From Eubacterium sp. CAG:251 (lineage in GTDB: Bacteria; Bacillota; Clostridia; Oscillospirales; Acutalibacteraceae), in assembly GCA_000436835.1 (NCBI GenBank), contig FR889161.1, positions 112,741 through 176,740 of the forward strand: a stretch of 64,000 bases of DNA. Reading direction: 5' to 3'. The number at the start of each line of letters is the position of its first letter. Positions within the stretch are counted from its first letter, which is position 1. Below, piece after piece: positions 59,868 to 64,000 of the stretch. The notes beneath the pieces are model-generated. The model saw only the letters and a list, made by a program, of their open reading frames with translations. It did not search any database and had not been told where the DNA came from. Made by a program: the position numbers and the translations under genes.

Positions 59868-61067
59868 ATGCTTACATTAGACAGAGTATACAAGGCTAAA
59901 AGAGTTTTATCTGAGGTCGTAAGGCAGACAGATATGATTCGTGCCAAAAACATCAATTCTCAATGCGATGTTTATTTAAAAACGGAAAATTTGCAGGTTA
60001 CAGGCTCGTTCAAGGTAAGAGGCTCATATTTTAAAATAAGCCAGCTTTCAGACGAGGAAAAGAAAAAAGGCGTTATCGCCTGCTCGGCAGGTAATCACGC
60101 TCAGGGTGTTGCTCTTGCGGCTACCAAAAACGGAATCAAGTCACTTATTTGCTTACCTGACGGCGCACCTATCAGCAAGGTTGAGGCTACAAAGCGCTAC
60201 GGTGCTGATGTTTGCCTTGTAAAAGGTGTTTATGACGATGCCTACAATAAAGCAATCGAACTTCAAAAAGAAAAGGGATATACATTTATTCACCCGTTCA
60301 ACGACCCTGATGTTATTGCAGGTCAGGGTACAATCGGTCTTGAAATTCTTGAACAGCTTCCGGATGTTGACGTTGTAGTTGTTCCAATCGGCGGCGGCGG
60401 ACTTATTGCCGGTGTTGCATACACAATTAAGCAGATTAACCCTAATTGCAAGGTTTACGGCGTTCAGGCAGCAGGTGCTCCTTCTATGAAGAACAGCGTT
60501 GCCGACGGAAAAATTGAAACACTTAAAAATGTGCAAACTATTGCAGACGGTATTGCAGTTAAAACTCCCGGTACTAATACTTTTGAGCTTATTAAGAAGT
60601 ATGTTGACGGTATTTATACAGTAAGCGATGACGAAATTGCTCTTGCAATTCTTACTCTTATGGAACAGCAAAAGCTTGTTTCAGAGGGCGCAGGCGCAGT
60701 TCCTGTTGCAGCAGTTATGAACGGCAAAATTCCGGATATTGAGGGCAAAAAGGTCTGCTGTCTTGTATCGGGCGGTAATATTGATGTTACAATTCTTTCA
60801 AGAGTTATTGAAAGAGGACTTAAAATGGGCGGCAGAAGTGCGTCTATCACTATTGCTCTTTCCGATAAGCCGGGTCAGCTTCTCGGCGTCAGCAAGATTG
60901 TTGCGGATAACGGGGCTAACGTTGTATCTGTTAATTATGACAGCACTGACCTTGATATGAATATTACCGATTGCTATCTTAAACTCGGTATTGAAACAAG
61001 AAATTATCAGCATATTGTTCAAATTAAAAATGCACTTAAAGACGCAGGCTTTGAAGTTTGCGACTGA
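59868..61067 (+). CDS. ilvA: Threonine ammonia-lyase (threonine dehydratase) with C-terminal ACT-like domain
   Basis: PLP-lysine motif TGSFKVRG and SAGNHAQGVA. At about 400 aa it includes the regulatory domain. The start is placed at MLTLDRVY. Confidence 0.85.
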   Translation: MLTLDRVYKAKRVLSEVVRQTDMIRAKNINSQCDVYLKTENLQVTGSFKVRGSYFKISQLSDEEKKKGVIACSAGNHAQGVALAATKNGIKSLICLPDGAPISKVEATKRYGADVCLVKGVYDDAYNKAIELQKEKGYTFIHPFNDPDVIAGQGTIGLEILEQLPDVDVVVVPIGGGGLIAGVAYTIKQINPNCKVYGVQAAGAPSMKNSVADGKIETLKNVQTIADGIAVKTPGTNTFELIKKYVDGIYTVSDDEIALAILTLMEQQKLVSEGAGAVPVAAVMNGKIPDIEGKKVCCLVSGGNIDVTILSRVIERGLKMGGRSASITIALSDKPGQLLGVSKIVADNGANVVSVNYDSTDLDMNITDCYLKLGIETRNYQHIVQIKNALKDAGFEVCD

Positions 61068-61085
61068 TTATAGGAGGGTTTTACA

Positions 61086-61457
61086 ATGGAATATGTATCA
61101 ACTAAAAATGCGCCGGGTGCAATCGGTCCTTATTCACAGGCAGTAAAGGCAAACGGCTTGCTTTTCACTTCAGGTCAAATTGCAATAAATCCTGAAACTA
61201 ATACAGTTGAGGCTAAAACTATTGAGGAACAAACACATCAGGTTTGCAAAAACCTTACTGCTGTTGTTGAGGCGGCAGGAACTACTATGGATAAGGTAGT
61301 TAAAACAGTTTGTTTCCTTGCAGATATCAATGATTTTGCAAAGTTTAATGAGATTTACGGCACATACTTTACTTCAAAGCCGGCTCGTTCCTGCGTAGCA
61401 GTCAAGGATTTACCGAAGGGCGTTTTATGTGAGGTAGAAGTAATCGCTGAATTATAA
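61086..61457 (+). CDS. ridA: RidA (YjgF/TdcF) reactive enamine/imine deaminase
   Basis: APGAIGPYSQAV and a C-terminal R...E motif. Immediately follows ilvA. Confidence 0.9.
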   Translation: MEYVSTKNAPGAIGPYSQAVKANGLLFTSGQIAINPETNTVEAKTIEEQTHQVCKNLTAVVEAAGTTMDKVVKTVCFLADINDFAKFNEIYGTYFTSKPARSCVAVKDLPKGVLCEVEVIAEL

Positions 61458-61468
61458 TAAGCAGTATA

Positions 61469-61506
61469 GAAAATCCCGTGTTCGATTGAGCACGGGATTT
61501 TTTGTT
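61469..61506. terminator. Bidirectional terminator
   Basis: GAAAATCCCGTGTTCGATTGAGCACGGGATTTTTTG. Confidence 0.85.
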
Positions 61507-61510
61507 TGGA

Positions 61511-62329
61511 TTATATTTCTTTTATGATTTCTTTCATAAAAGCGGAAAATTCCTTTTCAACCTTTTTGCCTGTTTCCATAACTTCAATATGGGTGAGAGG
61601 TTGATCGAGTATGCCTGCTGCCATATTCGTCATACACGAAACGCCCAAAACTTTCATTCCGGCGTGCACTGCGGCAACAACTTCGGGAACGGTTGACATT
61701 CCGACTGCGTCTGCTCCTGCTACTCTTAAAAATCTTATTTCCGCCGGTGTCTCAAACATAGGACCCTTGCAGTAGCAATATACACCCTTGCGAATATTAA
61801 GACTGCATTTTTCAGCCGCCTTTTCTGCTTTTTTAATAAGTTCTTTGCTGTAAGCTTCGCTCATTGACGGAAAACGGGTGCCGAGCCTGTCATCATTTTT
61901 GCCAAACAATACACTTTCGCAAAACAAACCTATATGGTCTTTTATAATCATTAAATCGCCCGGCTTATAGTCAAGGTTTACTGCGCCGGCAGCATTGGTT
62001 ACTATATAATTTTCAATTCCCAAAAGCTGAAATACACGAACGGGAAGCGTAACTTCCTCTGCGCTGTAACCTTCATAAAGATGAAATCTGCCCTGCATTG
62101 CGACTATGCTTTTGCCTGCGATTTTGCCGAAAATCAGCTTTCCTGCGTGACCGGGTACGGTAGATACAGGGAAATTAGGGATATCTTTATAGTCAAACTC
62201 AACCTCTTCTTCAATCTCTTTTGCAAAAGGTCCGAGTCCGCTTCCGAGAACTATTGCTGTTTTGGGAATATTATTGATTTTTGATTTAATAAAATCAGCC
62301 GTTTGCTTTGCTTTGTCATAAAGGCTCAT
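61511..62329 (-). CDS. punA: Purine nucleoside phosphorylase (trimeric PNP-I family)
   Basis: TAIVLGSGLG...VPGHAGKL and SCMTNMAAG motifs. Confidence 0.85.
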   Translation of the reverse strand: MSLYDKAKQTADFIKSKINNIPKTAIVLGSGLGPFAKEIEEEVEFDYKDIPNFPVSTVPGHAGKLIFGKIAGKSIVAMQGRFHLYEGYSAEEVTLPVRVFQLLGIENYIVTNAAGAVNLDYKPGDLMIIKDHIGLFCESVLFGKNDDRLGTRFPSMSEAYSKELIKKAEKAAEKCSLNIRKGVYCYCKGPMFETPAEIRFLRVAGADAVGMSTVPEVVAAVHAGMKVLGVSCMTNMAAGILDQPLTHIEVMETGKKVEKEFSAFMKEIIKEI

Positions 62330-62442
62330 ATTTTACACCTCTTTAGGAAATTCTATAATTAGATAATATACTAATATTCGAAAAAAATCAAATATAGACA
62401 ATTTTTTCATAAAATTTCTAAAAAAATCTGTAAATCCGCCGA

Positions 62443-62470
62443 TTGACAGCTGGTTTTAGAGTGATATACT
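62443..62470 (+). promoter_or_regulatory. Sigma-A promoter TTGACA-N16-TATACT for lrgAB
   Basis: -35 at 62443-62448 and -10 at 62465-62470. Confidence 0.45.
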
Positions 62471-62507
62471 AATAAACCGTAATTTTATTTTGGTTTGGTG
62501 AAAAATA

Positions 62508-62888
62508 TTGAAGTATGTAAAGCAATTTTTAATCATTCTTTTGATTTCGTTTATAGGCGAAGGGCTTAATTATCTGATTCCCGCTCCTGTTCCGGCAAGT
62601 ATTTACGGAATGGTGATTTTATTTGTTTGCCTTTGCACAAAGGTCGTTAAGCTTGACGATGTTAAAGATACGGGAATGTTTCTTATTGAAATTATGCCGC
62701 TTATGTTTATTCCTGCAGGTGTAGGTCTTATGAAAAGTTGGGGAGTTTTAAAACCGCTTGTAGTTCCTGTGCTTGCCATAACAGTTGTTTCTCTAATCGC
62801 AGTTATGGCTGTCAGCGGTCGTGTTTCTCAAAAAATTATTGTAAAAAATGATAAAAAAGGAGAAAGCGAGGGCGCTTTAAATGAATAA
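62508..62888 (+). CDS. lrgA: CidA/LrgA holin-like protein
   Basis: Four TM helices and the LrgA signature IPAPVPASIYGM. TTG start. Confidence 0.85.
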   Translation: MKYVKQFLIILLISFIGEGLNYLIPAPVPASIYGMVILFVCLCTKVVKLDDVKDTGMFLIEIMPLMFIPAGVGLMKSWGVLKPLVVPVLAITVVSLIAVMAVSGRVSQKIIVKNDKKGESEGALNE

Positions 62889-63573
62889 TTTTTTTGAAAG
62901 CTCCGCTTTTTTAGGGGTTGCCGTCAGTCTTTTGTCATACGCTCTCGGCTCGTTTTTAAAGAAAAAGTTTAAAACCGGCATTTTTAACCCATTGCTTATT
63001 TCTATTATAATTACAATAGTTTTTCTTTTGACTTGCAATATTGATTATGATACGTATAATGACGGCGCAAAATATTTGAGTTGGCTTTTAACCCCGGCGA
63101 CAGTTTGCCTTGCAATTCCGCTTTATCAGCAAATTGAACTTTTGAAGAAAAATCATAAGGCTGTGCTTGTCGGTATTCTGTCAGGCGTTTTAACAAGCCT
63201 TACAACAATTATGATTTTGGCATTTATTTTTAAACTTTCGCACAAAGAATATGTAACGATGCTTCCTAAATCTATCACTACCGCTATAGGAATAGGAGTC
63301 AGTGAAGAACTTGGAGGATATGTTACAATTACTGTTGCGGTCATTATTTTAACCGGAGTTCTCGGCAATATTTTAGCAGAAGGAATTTGTAAGCTGTTTA
63401 AAATCAATCACCCAATCGCAAAGGGTATTGCAATAGGCACTGCTTCTCACGCAATAGGAACGGCTAAGGCTATGGAACTCGGCGAGATTGAGGGCGCTAT
63501 GAGCAGTCTTTCAATCGCAGTATCAGGTATACTTACGGTAGTCGGTTCAATAGGCTTTGCAAAAATCATATAA
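62881..63573 (+). CDS. lrgB: LrgB/CidB family membrane protein
   Basis: Overlaps lrgA by 8 nt. The multi-TM LrgB signature is present. Confidence 0.85.
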   Translation: MNNFFESSAFLGVAVSLLSYALGSFLKKKFKTGIFNPLLISIIITIVFLLTCNIDYDTYNDGAKYLSWLLTPATVCLAIPLYQQIELLKKNHKAVLVGILSGVLTSLTTIMILAFIFKLSHKEYVTMLPKSITTAIGIGVSEELGGYVTITVAVIILTGVLGNILAEGICKLFKINHPIAKGIAIGTASHAIGTAKAMELGEIEGAMSSLSIAVSGILTVVGSIGFAKII

Positions 63574-63574
63574 G

Positions 63575-63607
63575 AAAAATCCCAAGACAAAAAATCTTGG
63601 GATTTTT
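63575..63607. terminator. Bidirectional terminator
   Basis: AAAAATCCCAAGACAAAAAATCTTGGGATTTTTG. Confidence 0.8.
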
Positions 63608-63679
63608 GTATTTTGAGGAGGAAAATCGTAGGGGCGACCATTGGTCGCCCGCTACTCAAACACATATTTTCTTTTAATG

Positions 63680-63979
63680 TTAATCTAAAGCGTCCGATAC
63701 GGCGTCGCCTGCTTTGTCAACTGCGCCGCCTACACCGTCGGCAACGTCATTTGCGCCCTTGCCGATGTCGTCACCGACCTTGTCAGCCTTTTCTCCCGCC
63801 TTGCTAACTGCACTGCTTGCTTCGCTTTCTGCTTTATCTGTTGTATTTGTATCGCTTACGGTGGTTTGGCTTGAAGGGAGAGTGGTTGTTGTTATATCGT
63901 TTTTGTTATTTGCACATCCCATAAATACTGTTGCAATAACGGCAATTGCTATTGCTATGATTAATATTTTACTGTTCAT
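63680..63979 (-). CDS. Small secreted lipoprotein, hypothetical (KAG/D-rich repeats)
   Basis: Lipobox VFMGCANN, RBS AAGGAAG, and a low-complexity K/A/D/G-rich body. Confidence 0.6.
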   Translation of the reverse strand: MNSKILIIAIAIAVIATVFMGCANNKNDITTTTLPSSQTTVSDTNTTDKAESEASSAVSKAGEKADKVGDDIGKGANDVADGVGGAVDKAGDAVSDALD

Positions 63980-64000
63980 AATGAAAACTTCCTTTCGCTT

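Noticed and set aside
1-64000. Searched for CRISPR arrays, IS elements or transposases, integrases, tRNA or rRNA genes, and toxin-antitoxin or known defence-system signatures
   Set aside because: No direct-repeat and spacer arrays were found. No DDE or serine recombinase ORFs were found. No cloverleaf-like tRNA candidates appeared in the intergenic regions. All large ORFs have housekeeping or cell-envelope assignments.

Overview
This is a low-GC Firmicutes (Clostridia-like) chromosomal segment of about 60 genes, almost all with recognisable products. I found no rRNA or tRNA genes, no CRISPR array, no IS elements or transposons, and no clear candidate for an undescribed defence system. Housekeeping blocks are:
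- diacylglycerol-kinase fragment, a beta-helix surface protein and a Cys-rich putative sporulation protein
- malQ on the minus strand, divergent from miaB
- miaB, a YmcA/RicA-like gene, mutS, mutL, miaA
- a HlyD-like adaptor, ylmE, sepF, divIVA, ileS, lspA, rluD
- a Cof-type HAD hydrolase, nfo, galM
- serC and serA on the minus strand
- an alpha/beta hydrolase, then rplU, prp, rpmA
- htpG on the minus strand with a textbook sigma-A promoter and a perfect CIRCE operator
- typA, glnS, gltX on the minus strand
- an acyltransferase-3 gene and a DUF4250 mini-gene
- a Fur/PerR-like regulator with a reverse rubrerythrin
- a D-2-hydroxyacid dehydrogenase and asnB
- a nitroreductase-like gene, a GDPD phosphodiesterase and a CHAP protein
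- a wall-teichoic-acid locus on the minus strand: marR, two TagF-family glycerophosphotransferases, tarI, tarJ and an MFS transporter
- zapA, a U32 peptidase, maf
- a PHP phosphoesterase, an orphan ABC substrate-binding protein, ilvA and ridA
- punA, lrgAB and a small lipoprotein
Regions that look accessory are 30.6-33.3 kb (an XRE regulator between two LRR/BspA-type surface proteins), 38.7-41.6 kb, 44.5-47.2 kb and 47.3-54.5 kb. The observations most worth a second look are:
- an in-frame internally deleted amidohydrolase mini-gene that keeps its own promoter and terminator
- a roughly 200-nt structured, ORF-poor region between two intrinsic terminators, a candidate sRNA
- a terminator-like hairpin inside the leader of the teichoic-acid operon, a candidate attenuator
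- a SigK-type promoter in front of the Cys-rich protein
- consensus promoters wrapped in palindromic operators at the XRE locus and upstream of the CHAP gene
- a YmcA/RicA homolog with a C-terminal four-cysteine motif
- a DivIVA with a very long polyacidic tail ending in a polybasic peptide
All calls rest on my reading of the translated ORFs and motifs; none is database-verified.
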